58,170 nucleotides of DNA from a virus. Taxonomy: Duplodnaviria > Caudoviricetes. This document shows, piece after piece, positions 1 through 8,053 of the stretch; position 1 is the stretch's first letter, and every line of letters starts with the position of its first letter. Where the stretch lies: positions 1 to 58,170 of the IMG/VR virus record IMGVR_UViG_3300028592_000013; one strand, 5' to 3'. Under the pieces are notes generated by a model. The model saw only the letters and a program-made list of their open reading frames with translations, made no database searches and was not told where the DNA came from. Position numbers and translations under genes: made by a program.

Positions 1-1
1 C

Positions 2-100
2 GGTCTCGCGCGCTTCGAGGTGATCCGGGCGGTGCGGTCGGAGTGCCCAGAGATCCCGCGCGTGGTGCTGGATGAGCTGGTGATGGAGATGTTGGCGTGA
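2..100 (+). CDS. 3' end of a hypothetical protein (truncated by window edge)
   Basis: Open frame ...GLARFEVIRAVRSECPEIPRVVLDELVMEMLA* whose TGA overlaps the next GTG (GTGA coupling used throughout the genome). Confidence 0.5.
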   Translation, partial: GLARFEVIRAVRSECPEIPRVVLDELVMEMLA

Positions 101-495
101 CGCTTCCCGATCTCCGGACACACGCCCCCGCGGCAAAACACTCAAGACCTGTCAGGCCATCGCTAGTCGCTATCGACTCGCCATCGAAGCGCGCGAGACC
201 GCGAGCTCATCGCTTGCTGCTGACTCTGGGTCTCGCAGGCGGCAGCGCCTCTCCCAACGAGCGAAGCGAAGTAGAGGACGACGCGACGAGCCGGACGAGG
301 AAGCGGGGACCGTCTGCGGTCACTGCTGCCGACGTCGGCACACCAGCCGAGCGTAGCGGAGGCGGTGTCGAGCGACTCAAGGCAACCAGAGACCGCGCGC
401 GGATCACGCCGTGTTTCCTGGAGCGTGTCAAGAAAAATCTGAACGTCCGTTCAGACTGCGCGAAATGTCTGGACTTTTTCGAGGTGGCAGCGTGA
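97..495 (+). CDS. hypothetical protein (may overlap a structured cis-element)
   Basis: GTGA-coupled at both ends and ends in EVAA like many phage genes, but composition is atypical and the DNA is rich in palindromes. Confidence 0.4.
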   Translation: MTLPDLRTHAPAAKHSRPVRPSLVAIDSPSKRARPRAHRLLLTLGLAGGSASPNERSEVEDDATSRTRKRGPSAVTAADVGTPAERSGGGVERLKATRDRARITPCFLERVKKNLNVRSDCAKCLDFFEVAA

Positions 496-1079
496 GCGAC
501 GAGTCTCTCTTCGAGTTTGGCTTTACCCACAATCGGAAGCTCAGGCGACTGTCTGATGTGGCGTTTCGACTGTGGGTTACCGCCATCGATGTAGCCAACG
601 AAGACGGCACTGACGGGCTCGTCACGCCGGACAGCATCGACGTCTTCACGAAGGCGCCGAAGACTGGCAAGGAGCGCGAGACCGCAATAGCAGAGCTCGT
701 AGACGGCGGACTCTGGCATCCGGTCGACGGGGGATGGGTCATCCACGACTTCCTCAAGCATCAGGAGTCAGCGGAAGGTCGCACTGACAGGAAGGCGATG
801 GATCGTCGGCGCATGCGACTTTCCCGCAACCGGAAGTCCTACGTGGCGTTTGCCGTAAGCAACGGGGCGACTTGCCGATACTGTGGCGTGGAGCTGATCG
901 ATGGTTCGGGTGGCTCCTGGTCGTCGGATGATCAGAAGCGCTGGGCGTGCCTAGATCATATCGTTCCGCGGTGCCAAGGCGGCTCGGACTCAGATGAAAA
1001 CCTCGCGCTGTCCTGCTGGCTGTGCAACTCGAAGAAGGGCGGACGCACGCCTGAGCAAGCCGGGATGGTGCTGCGATGA
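492..1079 (+). CDS. phage replication-associated protein with C-terminal HNH endonuclease domain
   Basis: GTG at 492 after GAGGTGG; N-term KLRRLSDVAFRLW...TDGLV...LVDGGLW...WVIHDFLKHQ wHTH-like block; C-term CRYCG...LDHIVPRCQGGSDSDENLALSCWLCNSKKG HNH motif. Confidence 0.8.
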   Translation: MSDESLFEFGFTHNRKLRRLSDVAFRLWVTAIDVANEDGTDGLVTPDSIDVFTKAPKTGKERETAIAELVDGGLWHPVDGGWVIHDFLKHQESAEGRTDRKAMDRRRMRLSRNRKSYVAFAVSNGATCRYCGVELIDGSGGSWSSDDQKRWACLDHIVPRCQGGSDSDENLALSCWLCNSKKGGRTPEQAGMVLR

Positions 1080-1879
1080 GCCGCATCCGCACAATCAAGC
1101 CCGAGTGGCTCGATGACGAGCTGTCGCTTGAGTGTTCCGACGCCCGCGTCCTGGCCGTCGCAATGATCTTGCTCGCTGACGACCACGGTCTAGGGCGAGC
1201 TCACCCGCACTTCCTGCTGTCCCGCGTGTTCCCGGCGAAGTCCTCGGACGTCCTCGCGAGGGCTCTCGAGGGTCTCGCGAGGATTCGCTACATGGTTTTG
1301 TACGCCGTCGATGGTCAGAAATACTACGCGCTGAGGACCTGGCGGAAACACCAGAAGGTTGACCATCCGTCGGCGCCCAAAGTTCCGATCCCGACACGGA
1401 AAGACGCTGTAATTTACGCAACTTTGTCGGACTTCGCGAAAGACTCGCCGGACTTCGCGAGGGCCGTCGAGAAGCTCGCGAAGGGCTCCGAGTCCTCCTA
1501 TCCCAATATAGATCCCTCTCTCTCTTTCTTTTCAGATCCAGAAGATCAACCTGACAGGTCAGGATCGCGCGCGCGAGCGAAGCGCTGGCGGGTGGTGCCT
1601 TCCAGCTTCGAGGTGACCGAGGCGCATCGGAAGTTGGCGACCGAACTTGGCGTCGACCTTGCGGCCGAGGAAGCCAAGTTCAGGGACCACGAGTTCAAGG
1701 ACCCGAAAAGCGACGCGGGTAAGACCTTCAGTCGCTGGCTCAGGACGGCGGCGGAGTACGGGCGAGGAAAGTCTCCGGCGGGGAAAGTCGGCGCGAACGC
1801 TGACCGGCTTCGTGCACGCGCCAACCGCTTCGAGGCCGAAGAGCGCGCCGCGCAGGAGGCTCGCGATGCAGCGAAGTGA
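1076..1879 (+). CDS. phage replication initiator (O/DnaT-like)
   Basis: MSRIRTIKPEW N-terminus, LADDHG, WRKHQKVDHPS, and C-terminal AKFRDH...TFSRWLR block typical of phage replisome organisers; contains internal repeats and an AT-rich tract. Confidence 0.8.
   Translation: MSRIRTIKPEWLDDELSLECSDARVLAVAMILLADDHGLGRAHPHFLLSRVFPAKSSDVLARALEGLARIRYMVLYAVDGQKYYALRTWRKHQKVDHPSAPKVPIPTRKDAVIYATLSDFAKDSPDFARAVEKLAKGSESSYPNIDPSLSFFSDPEDQPDRSGSRARAKRWRVVPSSFEVTEAHRKLATELGVDLAAEEAKFRDHEFKDPKSDAGKTFSRWLRTAAEYGRGKSPAGKVGANADRLRARANRFEAEERAAQEARDAAK
1250..1580. other. putative replication origin inside the initiator gene
   Basis: Repeated TCGCGA-core motifs (CTCGCGAGG x2 near 1254-1282, GGACTTCGCGA x2 at about 1429-1461, CTCGCGAAGG at about 1475) followed by an AT/pyrimidine-rich tract (about 1499-1550) with four clustered GATC sites. 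Confidence 0.6.
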
Positions 1880-2507
1880 GGCCGCCAAGCTCGTGGCCAT
1901 TCTGGCCGCGGCCTACCGCGACGCTGCCATCAGCGATGCGACCGCCGACGTCTACGAGTCCATGCTCCTGGACTTGCCCTTCCCTGCCGTGCAGGCCGCC
2001 ATCCAGCGCCTGGTCTGCACGTCGAAGTGGCTGCCTACCATCGCCGAAATCAGGGCCGCGGCGGCGGACCAGGAGCGTGGCCCGGTACGCAAGGGCGTCG
2101 AGGCCTGGGGCGACGTGCTGGCGGAGATCCGACGCACCGGTGCCCACGGCGTCCCGAGCTTCGTTGACCCGCTGGTGGCCGACTGCGTGAACGCGATGGG
2201 CTGGCGCGGGCTGTGCCTCGGTGACAATGAGGCCGCTGACCGGGCCCGGTTTGCGGAGCTCTACGACGCCCTGGCGGCCCGCGGGCGAGCCGACGTGGTC
2301 TCAGGTCGTCCCCTGCCGGCGCCGCGCGCTGGACTGGCGCCAGCGAGCCGCATTGGCCTGTTGCTGCCGGAGGCGAAGGGTAAACCAGCAGGGGCGCCGG
2401 TCATCGCGTTGCCGGTGGCCCCGAAGGCCAAGCCGACAGCCGCGCAGTCGAAGACGTGGACCGCTGCCGAACTCGACGCAGCGATCTCGAAGGGAGGCTC
2501 CAAGTGA
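1866..2507 (+). CDS. replicative helicase loader/inhibitor (SPP1 G39P-like)
   Basis: MQRSEAAKLVAILAAAY...YESMLLDLPF...KWLPTIAEIR...EAWGDVL pattern, directly downstream of the initiator. Confidence 0.75.
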   Translation: MQRSEAAKLVAILAAAYRDAAISDATADVYESMLLDLPFPAVQAAIQRLVCTSKWLPTIAEIRAAAADQERGPVRKGVEAWGDVLAEIRRTGAHGVPSFVDPLVADCVNAMGWRGLCLGDNEAADRARFAELYDALAARGRADVVSGRPLPAPRAGLAPASRIGLLLPEAKGKPAGAPVIALPVAPKAKPTAAQSKTWTAAELDAAISKGGSK

Positions 2508-2752
2508 ACCACGACGACCGCTTCGACTCCGACGCGCCGATCCCCGGCGAGGTCAAACCGGCGAAGGCGCGCCCCTACTGGGATCGCCCCTACGTCGATC
2601 CCGGCGCTGTCACTGCCGAGGAGATCGAGGCCGACATGGCTCGCCTGTTTCCTGAGAAGCAGAAGGCGCCGGCCAAGGCCGGTCGAATCAACGGGCCGCT
2701 GTCAGAAGGCCACTTCGGCACGGACTCCGAACAATCGAAGGAACAAGGATGA
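2504..2752 (+). CDS. hypothetical protein
   Basis: GTG after GGAGG, overlap-coupled on both sides. Confidence 0.55.
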   Translation: MNHDDRFDSDAPIPGEVKPAKARPYWDRPYVDPGAVTAEEIEADMARLFPEKQKAPAKAGRINGPLSEGHFGTDSEQSKEQG

Positions 2753-2970
2753 CCTACTGGACCAAAGAAGACATCTACGACGAGCAGATCTCGCCGCTCA
2801 TGACCAAGATCATCGCGATCTGCAAAGAGCACCAGATCCCGATGGTTGCGCAGTTTCAGTATGCGAACGACGCCCTTGGCTACCCGCAGCGCGACAACTC
2901 GCACGACCCGGAGCTCTTCAGGCTCGGTGGCGAGGAGTACAGGGCGATGGCGGCAGGGAGGGCGCCATGA
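2749..2970 (+). CDS. conserved phage hypothetical protein
   Basis: KEDIYDEQISPLMTKIIAICKEHQIPM motif recalled from phage hypotheticals; ATGA-coupled. Confidence 0.7.
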   Translation: MTYWTKEDIYDEQISPLMTKIIAICKEHQIPMVAQFQYANDALGYPQRDNSHDPELFRLGGEEYRAMAAGRAP

Positions 2971-3344
2971 GTGACGATGACACGATCAAGATTCGTCGCC
3001 AGGTCACTCTCGACGAAGCCGAGGGTCTGAAGTTTGCCGGCGTGGTCGTCGGCAGGGACAACCACTGGGCACTCCTGTTCGGCGACGATGCGTTCTCGGT
3101 CATCTGCGCGACACGCAATTGGGGCGACGGCGCGGACATCGAGCGACGTGAAGGTGTTTCAGTCTACGAACTCGCTCAAGAGTTCGATCTCTGGGACGCC
3201 CGCCACAACGGCCTCTTCGACGTGGACACCTACGAAGCCGAGGTGGAAGCCAAGCGGGTGGCTCAAGCGCAGAGTCAGGAACAGCGCGAGCGCAGGCTTC
3301 TGACTGACCTCAAGGCGAAGTACCCGGAGCCGATGAAACCATGA
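2967..3344 (+). CDS. hypothetical protein
   Basis: RBS GGGAGG, coupled, ends with ...LKAKYP pattern. Confidence 0.7.
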   Translation: MSDDDTIKIRRQVTLDEAEGLKFAGVVVGRDNHWALLFGDDAFSVICATRNWGDGADIERREGVSVYELAQEFDLWDARHNGLFDVDTYEAEVEAKRVAQAQSQEQRERRLLTDLKAKYPEPMKP

Positions 3345-3592
3345 CGCCCTCCCAACTCTCCCAGCAACTCCGCGAATCCTGCTCGACCCTGCTCTTCTGG
3401 GGCGAGTGCTTCGGTATTCGCCCGTTCAAGCTCCCGCGCCGCTACAACAAGCCGGTCGAACTCGTGTTCACGCCCGGACAGGCCGAACGCCTGCGCCTGA
3501 TTCAGCGCCTCGTCCGGCAGGAGCGGCTGTGCAACGCCGAGGTCAAGGAGAGGTTGGCGGAGATGCGGGCGGAAGGTGAGGTGGCGGCGTGA
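3341..3592 (+). CDS. hypothetical protein
   Basis: Coupled ORF ending in EVAA. Confidence 0.6.
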   Translation: MTPSQLSQQLRESCSTLLFWGECFGIRPFKLPRRYNKPVELVFTPGQAERLRLIQRLVRQERLCNAEVKERLAEMRAEGEVAA

Positions 3593-3936
3593 AGATCGAA
3601 CGCGAACTCTACATCCACACGGTGAACGTCACCGCCGGCCGCGGACACCACGACGTCCGCATGGACAGCTACTGCGTACCACCACTCGAAACGCGGGCAC
3701 AGGTCGGCGCGGGCTCTGTCGATATCGACCTTCGCGGCATTGGAGACGCGGAAGCGAAGGCGCTTGCGTTGGCCTGCGAATCTCGACGCCGTATCAAGCT
3801 GACCATCGAGACGGACGACGTGGACGCGAAGGTCCATGTACGGGCGGCCCGCGAACAGTCACGCATGGGCAACACGAAGGCGGCCCTGGAGCACGCGCTC
3901 AAGGCGATCGAGATGCTGACGGGAGAGGCGAAGTGA
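3589..3936 (+). CDS. hypothetical protein
   Basis: Coupled ORF with RBS GAGGTGG. Confidence 0.65.
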   Translation: MKIERELYIHTVNVTAGRGHHDVRMDSYCVPPLETRAQVGAGSVDIDLRGIGDAEAKALALACESRRRIKLTIETDDVDAKVHVRAAREQSRMGNTKAALEHALKAIEMLTGEAK

Positions 3937-4118
3937 AACCCGAAACGAAAGAAACCCTAGTCGGAGTCGCGATCCTGCGGTTCGCCTGCGGGATCGGCAT
4001 TGCCTCGTGTGTCAACGGATACGAGGCTGGTCAGAAACAGGTGTGCGACTCCGTCGAGGGCAAGATGGTCGACGGGGAATGCATGCGGCGGGATTCGCTG
4101 CGGAAGGTGGAGCGGTGA
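3933..4118 (+). CDS. small membrane/secreted protein
   Basis: N-terminal hydrophobic stretch LVGVAILRFACGIGIASC and two further Cys; coupled. Confidence 0.5.
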   Translation: MKPETKETLVGVAILRFACGIGIASCVNGYEAGQKQVCDSVEGKMVDGECMRRDSLRKVER

Positions 4119-4570
4119 AGCCCTACCTACACGCCCTTGTCAGCGTGAAGAAGTGGGGCGGTGAGCCGGAAGAGTATCTGCCGATCCACGACTTCATCGA
4201 CTCGAGCAAGAGCGCGTTTCCGGACATGCGTCACCGCGCGATCCTTCACAGCTCGTTCGGGATCTACATCACTGAACACGTCTTCGGTCACAATCTCACG
4301 CTGCAGAACGGCAGGCTGGTTAGCGTCCGCGACGTCGCCGAGCAGCACGTCATCGACGACATGGGGCGCATCCCGACGCCACAAGACTACCTGCAGGGGA
4401 TGCCGTTCTACGACTGGTTAGGTGGCAAGCCTCGCGACCGACAGACGACGCGCATCCAGGGAGAAGCGCCGTCGATCGAAGACCTCAAGGCCGCGCTGAA
4501 CATCGGCGCCGCGGACATGGTTCTGGATTCGGCGGCGAGTATGCCGTCGGGAAAGCTAGTGGTGGACTGA
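4115..4570 (+). CDS. DUF6915-like His-rich protein
   Basis: PYLHALVSVKKWGGEPEEYLPIHDFIDSSK...RHRAILHSSFGI...VRDVAEQHVIDDMGRIPTPQDYL matches the recalled family pattern. Confidence 0.8.
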   Translation: MKPYLHALVSVKKWGGEPEEYLPIHDFIDSSKSAFPDMRHRAILHSSFGIYITEHVFGHNLTLQNGRLVSVRDVAEQHVIDDMGRIPTPQDYLQGMPFYDWLGGKPRDRQTTRIQGEAPSIEDLKAALNIGAADMVLDSAASMPSGKLVVD

Positions 4571-4998
4571 TGAGCATCGAGAAACTGCAAGAGGTGTCGA
4601 GCGAGTTGAGGGCCGCGAAGGCCAAGCTGGAGGCGTTCGTAAAGGAACAGGGGCGAGCGGCAATCGGGGCGGCGTTTTGCGAAGTGTTTGCCAAGCATCC
4701 GGAGGCCGCTGTGTTCGGGTGGACTCAGTACACGCCGTACTTCAACGACGGCAGCGCCTGCGTGTTTTCGGTCCATGAACCGTACCTTGTGCCGGCGTCG
4801 AAGTCTGGCGACTACAGCGTGTGGGACTACGAACTGTGGGGCGAGTACCCGAAGGAGTTCAGCGCCGAATGCCGTGACGACTTCCTGGCTGTGTGGAAGA
4901 CCATCGACAAACAGTTGCTGGAGGCCGTCTTCGGCGACCACGTCAAGATCACTGTCACCAAGGACGAGGTGGTCGTTGAAGACTACAACCACGACTAA
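4570..4998 (+). CDS. conserved phage protein (WTQYTPYFNDG motif), partner of the DUF6915-like gene
   Basis: FGWTQYTPYFNDGSACVFSV and FGDHVKITVT...EDYNHD motifs; TGATG coupling to the upstream gene. Confidence 0.75.
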   Translation: MSIEKLQEVSSELRAAKAKLEAFVKEQGRAAIGAAFCEVFAKHPEAAVFGWTQYTPYFNDGSACVFSVHEPYLVPASKSGDYSVWDYELWGEYPKEFSAECRDDFLAVWKTIDKQLLEAVFGDHVKITVTKDEVVVEDYNHD

Positions 4999-5401
4999 GA
5001 AGCGCGCTCGCATCGCCCGCCAAGTCGCCCGCTCCCTCGGTGCAGAGCCAGGCACTCCGGAGTTCAAGCGGCGGGTCAAGGCGTTCAACGAGATGCCGGC
5101 ACACTCGCTCGCCTATGCCCTGGCCGAAGCGGTCGGTGGCAAGCCAGGATCAGCGGGCCACTCGCGCGCGCTCGACGTGCTGACGAACAAGCCGACGCCG
5201 AAGAAGCGCAAGCTCGAACGCGGTGTCTGGTGGGGTGTGTTCAACGTCACGGGCGACGACGCCGCGTGGCCGAACCTCGCGCGCAACGAAGGCGACCAAG
5301 TCCGCACTCTGACCGCGCGCTACCTCACGGCCAAGCTCGGCTACGAGGTCAAGCCCGAGTACGTGATGCCGCATTGGGTGCCGGAAGGGAGCGAGCCGTG
5401 A
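4976..5401 (+). CDS. hypothetical basic protein
   Basis: Probable TTG start after GAGGTGG; fills the gap between coupled genes. Start uncertain. Confidence 0.55.
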   Translation: MKTTTTTKKRARIARQVARSLGAEPGTPEFKRRVKAFNEMPAHSLAYALAEAVGGKPGSAGHSRALDVLTNKPTPKKRKLERGVWWGVFNVTGDDAAWPNLARNEGDQVRTLTARYLTAKLGYEVKPEYVMPHWVPEGSEP

Positions 5402-5598
5402 GCATGGAGCGAAGAACACTGTGGGCCCTGTTCGACAAGGACACCGGCGAGATGTCTGCCACCGCGCGTTGGTCGCATGCGAAGGCGTGTCTGGACGCCG
5501 GGCACGAGGTGATCCGGCTCGAGTTCGAGCGACCGGTTCGGGACATGGGCGAGGCTGAGGCGGATGTGCTGCATGAGAGGAATGAGGTGAAGCGGTGA
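5398..5598 (+). CDS. hypothetical protein
   Basis: Coupled ORF. Confidence 0.55.
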   Translation: MSMERRTLWALFDKDTGEMSATARWSHAKACLDAGHEVIRLEFERPVRDMGEAEADVLHERNEVKR

Positions 5599-6044
5599 CC
5601 AAGCTGCGAGACCAGGTGAGGGCGTTCCACCTCGAGGCTGGGGCTCCAATCCTGGAGACGCCGACGGTGCCGCCCGACGACAGGGTCAAGCTGCGACTCA
5701 AGCTCGCGGCCGAAGAATTCTGCGAACTGCTGACGGCGTGCGGGTGCGGCAAGTACGCAGTCGAGGACGTGTGGGACCGAATCCGATACGTCGTCGAGAT
5801 CGCTGGCACCGGCCCGGTCGACATCGTTGCCGTCGCCGACGCACTCGCCGATCTCGACTTCGTGAACGAAGGCATGCGCCTGGAGTTCGGCATCGACGGT
5901 GAGCCAATCGCCGACGAGGTGGCACGCAGCAACATGAGCAAGTTCCCGACGACCGTTCGAGCCGACGGCAAGATTCTGAAGGGGCCTCACTACTCGCCGC
6001 CGGACTTGGTGCGGGTGCTGCGAGAGCAGGGTTGGTCGGAATGA
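5595..6044 (+). CDS. MazG-like NTP pyrophosphohydrolase (PRA-PH/DR2231-type)
   Basis: VRAFH...LRLKLAAEEFCEL...VADALADL...EVARSNMSK...RADGKILKGPHYSPPDL. Confidence 0.85.
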   Translation: MTKLRDQVRAFHLEAGAPILETPTVPPDDRVKLRLKLAAEEFCELLTACGCGKYAVEDVWDRIRYVVEIAGTGPVDIVAVADALADLDFVNEGMRLEFGIDGEPIADEVARSNMSKFPTTVRADGKILKGPHYSPPDLVRVLREQGWSE

Positions 6045-6325
6045 CTCACCTCCACCTCGAAGTCACCAGCATCCGCCGCACCCGCTCGGGAGTCGTTGCA
6101 ACGGCGAAGCGTCTGGTAGCGCCGGAGCATAGGCCGTTGAGTTGCGGGGCGCTTCAGCATCCTGGTCGATGTTCCGTCACGTTCGCCGAGGGGCCGACTG
6201 TGAACGGACGCAGCGAGTGGACGTTCACGTTGTCTGGCAAAAGTGTGAAGGTGTTGGCGCTGCCAACGGACACACCGGCATTGTGGAATCTGAAGGTGCG
6301 GCGAGCGCTGGCGAGGTTGCCGTGA
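6041..6325 (+). CDS. hypothetical protein
   Basis: Coupled ORF. Confidence 0.55.
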   Translation: MTHLHLEVTSIRRTRSGVVATAKRLVAPEHRPLSCGALQHPGRCSVTFAEGPTVNGRSEWTFTLSGKSVKVLALPTDTPALWNLKVRRALARLP

Positions 6326-6630
6326 TCCTCTCCATCCGCGATCACCGCGCCGAACGCGAGCTCCTTGACGCCATCGACGAGCGCGACCGGCAGATTGTGC
6401 GGCTGAAGCTTCGGTTGCTGGTGAGCCGAGCTAGGGCCGTCTATGCCTTCCTTGTCGACCGCGAGCGTTCGACGGCGCAAGCGTTCCGGGCGCTCGCAGA
6501 CGCCGGGCTTGGCGGAAACAGCGGTACGCGAGCAGCGCTAACACGGCGAGCCTGGGTCACGAATCAGAAGCTGGTTCGCGTTGGGCGCATCCTGACCGAG
6601 GCGATGAAGTCGCTGGAGGCAAACAAATGA
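6322..6630 (+). CDS. hypothetical protein
   Basis: Coupled ORF, helical composition. Confidence 0.55.
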   Translation: MILSIRDHRAERELLDAIDERDRQIVRLKLRLLVSRARAVYAFLVDRERSTAQAFRALADAGLGGNSGTRAALTRRAWVTNQKLVRVGRILTEAMKSLEANK

Positions 6631-6905
6631 GTGACCACCTTGCCGAACTGAACACGCTCCGCGCTCAGCTCGACACCGCGAACGAGCACAACGCCAAGCT
6701 CAGCGCCGAGCTCGCCGATCTGCAACGGCGCTACGAGATCAGAAAGTCGGAAGGCTTCGCTGCCGAGCAGGCGTTGTTCCGGGTGGCGTCGGCAGTGACC
6801 GGTAGCTCACTCTTGCTGGCGGACTACGAGCAACTGGCGGAGGTGACGATTGCGGCGGCGGAGAGACTTCGCGCTCGAAACGATGAACTGGAGTCCACCC
6901 GATGA
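6627..6905 (+). CDS. hypothetical coiled-coil protein
   Basis: RBS GGAGG; heptad-like LRAQLDTANEHNAKLSAELADLQ. Confidence 0.65.
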   Translation: MSDHLAELNTLRAQLDTANEHNAKLSAELADLQRRYEIRKSEGFAAEQALFRVASAVTGSSLLLADYEQLAEVTIAAAERLRARNDELESTR

Positions 6906-7222
6906 TCGCCCTTCTCCTCGGCCAGTTCAACGACACGACGCCCGCCGAGATCACGGGCCTTCTTGAGCGAGTGCAGAGGCCGGCGATGATCCGGCTGCGG
7001 CGATGTCGCATCAGCTGGGGCTCGGTTAGCCACCTGACATTCGATGGCGACTGGCACGGCCTGATCGATTGCTGCGTCTTTGGCGTGGTCGGCGATAGGG
7101 CGCCGCTCGTGCTCGAGGCGTGGCCCGGCATCGAGATCGACTGGGCCGACCGCAGCTTTACGGTCATGGATCTTGCTGCCGAGGTCGAGCGACAGAGGGT
7201 GGTACTGGGGGCGGGACGATGA
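6902..7222 (+). CDS. hypothetical protein
   Basis: Coupled ORF. Confidence 0.55.
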   Translation: MIALLLGQFNDTTPAEITGLLERVQRPAMIRLRRCRISWGSVSHLTFDGDWHGLIDCCVFGVVGDRAPLVLEAWPGIEIDWADRSFTVMDLAAEVERQRVVLGAGR

Positions 7223-7407
7223 CCGACGACCCCATCATCGGCTGGGTCGTGCTCATGCCCAGCGGCAGGATCATGTGCGACCCGAGCGGCGCCGTCGTCG
7301 AGTTCCGGATCGAGGACGAGGCGAAGCAAGCGGCGCAGGCTGTCGGCGGCATTGTCGCGCCGCTGTGTGATGACGAGGCGTTCAGCGCGGCGGGAGGGGA
7401 GTGTTGA
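7219..7407 (+). CDS. hypothetical protein
   Basis: Coupled ORF. Confidence 0.55.
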   Translation: MTDDPIIGWVVLMPSGRIMCDPSGAVVEFRIEDEAKQAAQAVGGIVAPLCDDEAFSAAGGEC

Positions 7408-7889
7408 TGGCGAGTCACGTTTCGCTGCTCGTTACTGGTTCACGTCACGCCGAGGATCGTGTGCCGCTCTGGAGCGCGCTCGATGCGGCGCTTGAGGCGT
7501 ATAGCTACGACAGCCTGAGTCTGTTCGTCGGGTGCGCTCGGGGTGCCGACCAGTTGGCTCGCGACTGGTGGCATGAGCGCCAGAGAGGTCACGTGCTGAC
7601 TTCTCCGGAACCGATGGTGGAGCTATTCACAAGCGCTCCGGCCCAAGACCCATGCGGGCTCGATGACGGATTCCGCGAGCGGCTCTATGTCTTCCGTGCC
7701 GACTGGGCCGGCCACGGAAAGGGCGCCGGTCCGCGCCGAAACGAGCGCTTGGTCGAAGCTTGGACTGAGGACGGCGGGGCACACCATGCGTTTGCGATGT
7801 GGACGGGTGACGTCAAGGGAAGCGGCACGCTCGACTGCATGAGCCGCATTGTGAGGACCGGACACTGCTTCGAGGTCATCCCAGCATGA
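7407..7889 (+). CDS. SLOG-family protein (DUF2493/YspA-related)
   Basis: LLVTGSRH...VGCARGADQLARDW...FRADWAGHGKGAGPRRNERLV...GSGTLDC motifs. Confidence 0.85.
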   Translation: MASHVSLLVTGSRHAEDRVPLWSALDAALEAYSYDSLSLFVGCARGADQLARDWWHERQRGHVLTSPEPMVELFTSAPAQDPCGLDDGFRERLYVFRADWAGHGKGAGPRRNERLVEAWTEDGGAHHAFAMWTGDVKGSGTLDCMSRIVRTGHCFEVIPA

Positions 7890-8053
7890 AGATCGAATCC
7901 ATCCTCCGGTCCATCTCCCGTCGCGAGCCGCTGTCGTTCGAGGAGATCGGATTCCTCCTCGGCATGTCGAGGCAGAACGTGTTCAACGTCTACCTTCGCG
8001 CGCTGGCCAAGATGCGGAAGCGGATGAAGGCGATGGATGCTGAGGTTGAATGA
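7886..8053 (+). CDS. small sigma-70 region-4-like HTH protein (55 aa, absent from ORF track)
   Basis: MKIESILRSISRREPLSFEEIGFLLGMSRQNVFNVYLRALAKMRKR; ATGA-coupled at both ends. Confidence 0.75.
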   Translation: MKIESILRSISRREPLSFEEIGFLLGMSRQNVFNVYLRALAKMRKRMKAMDAEVE

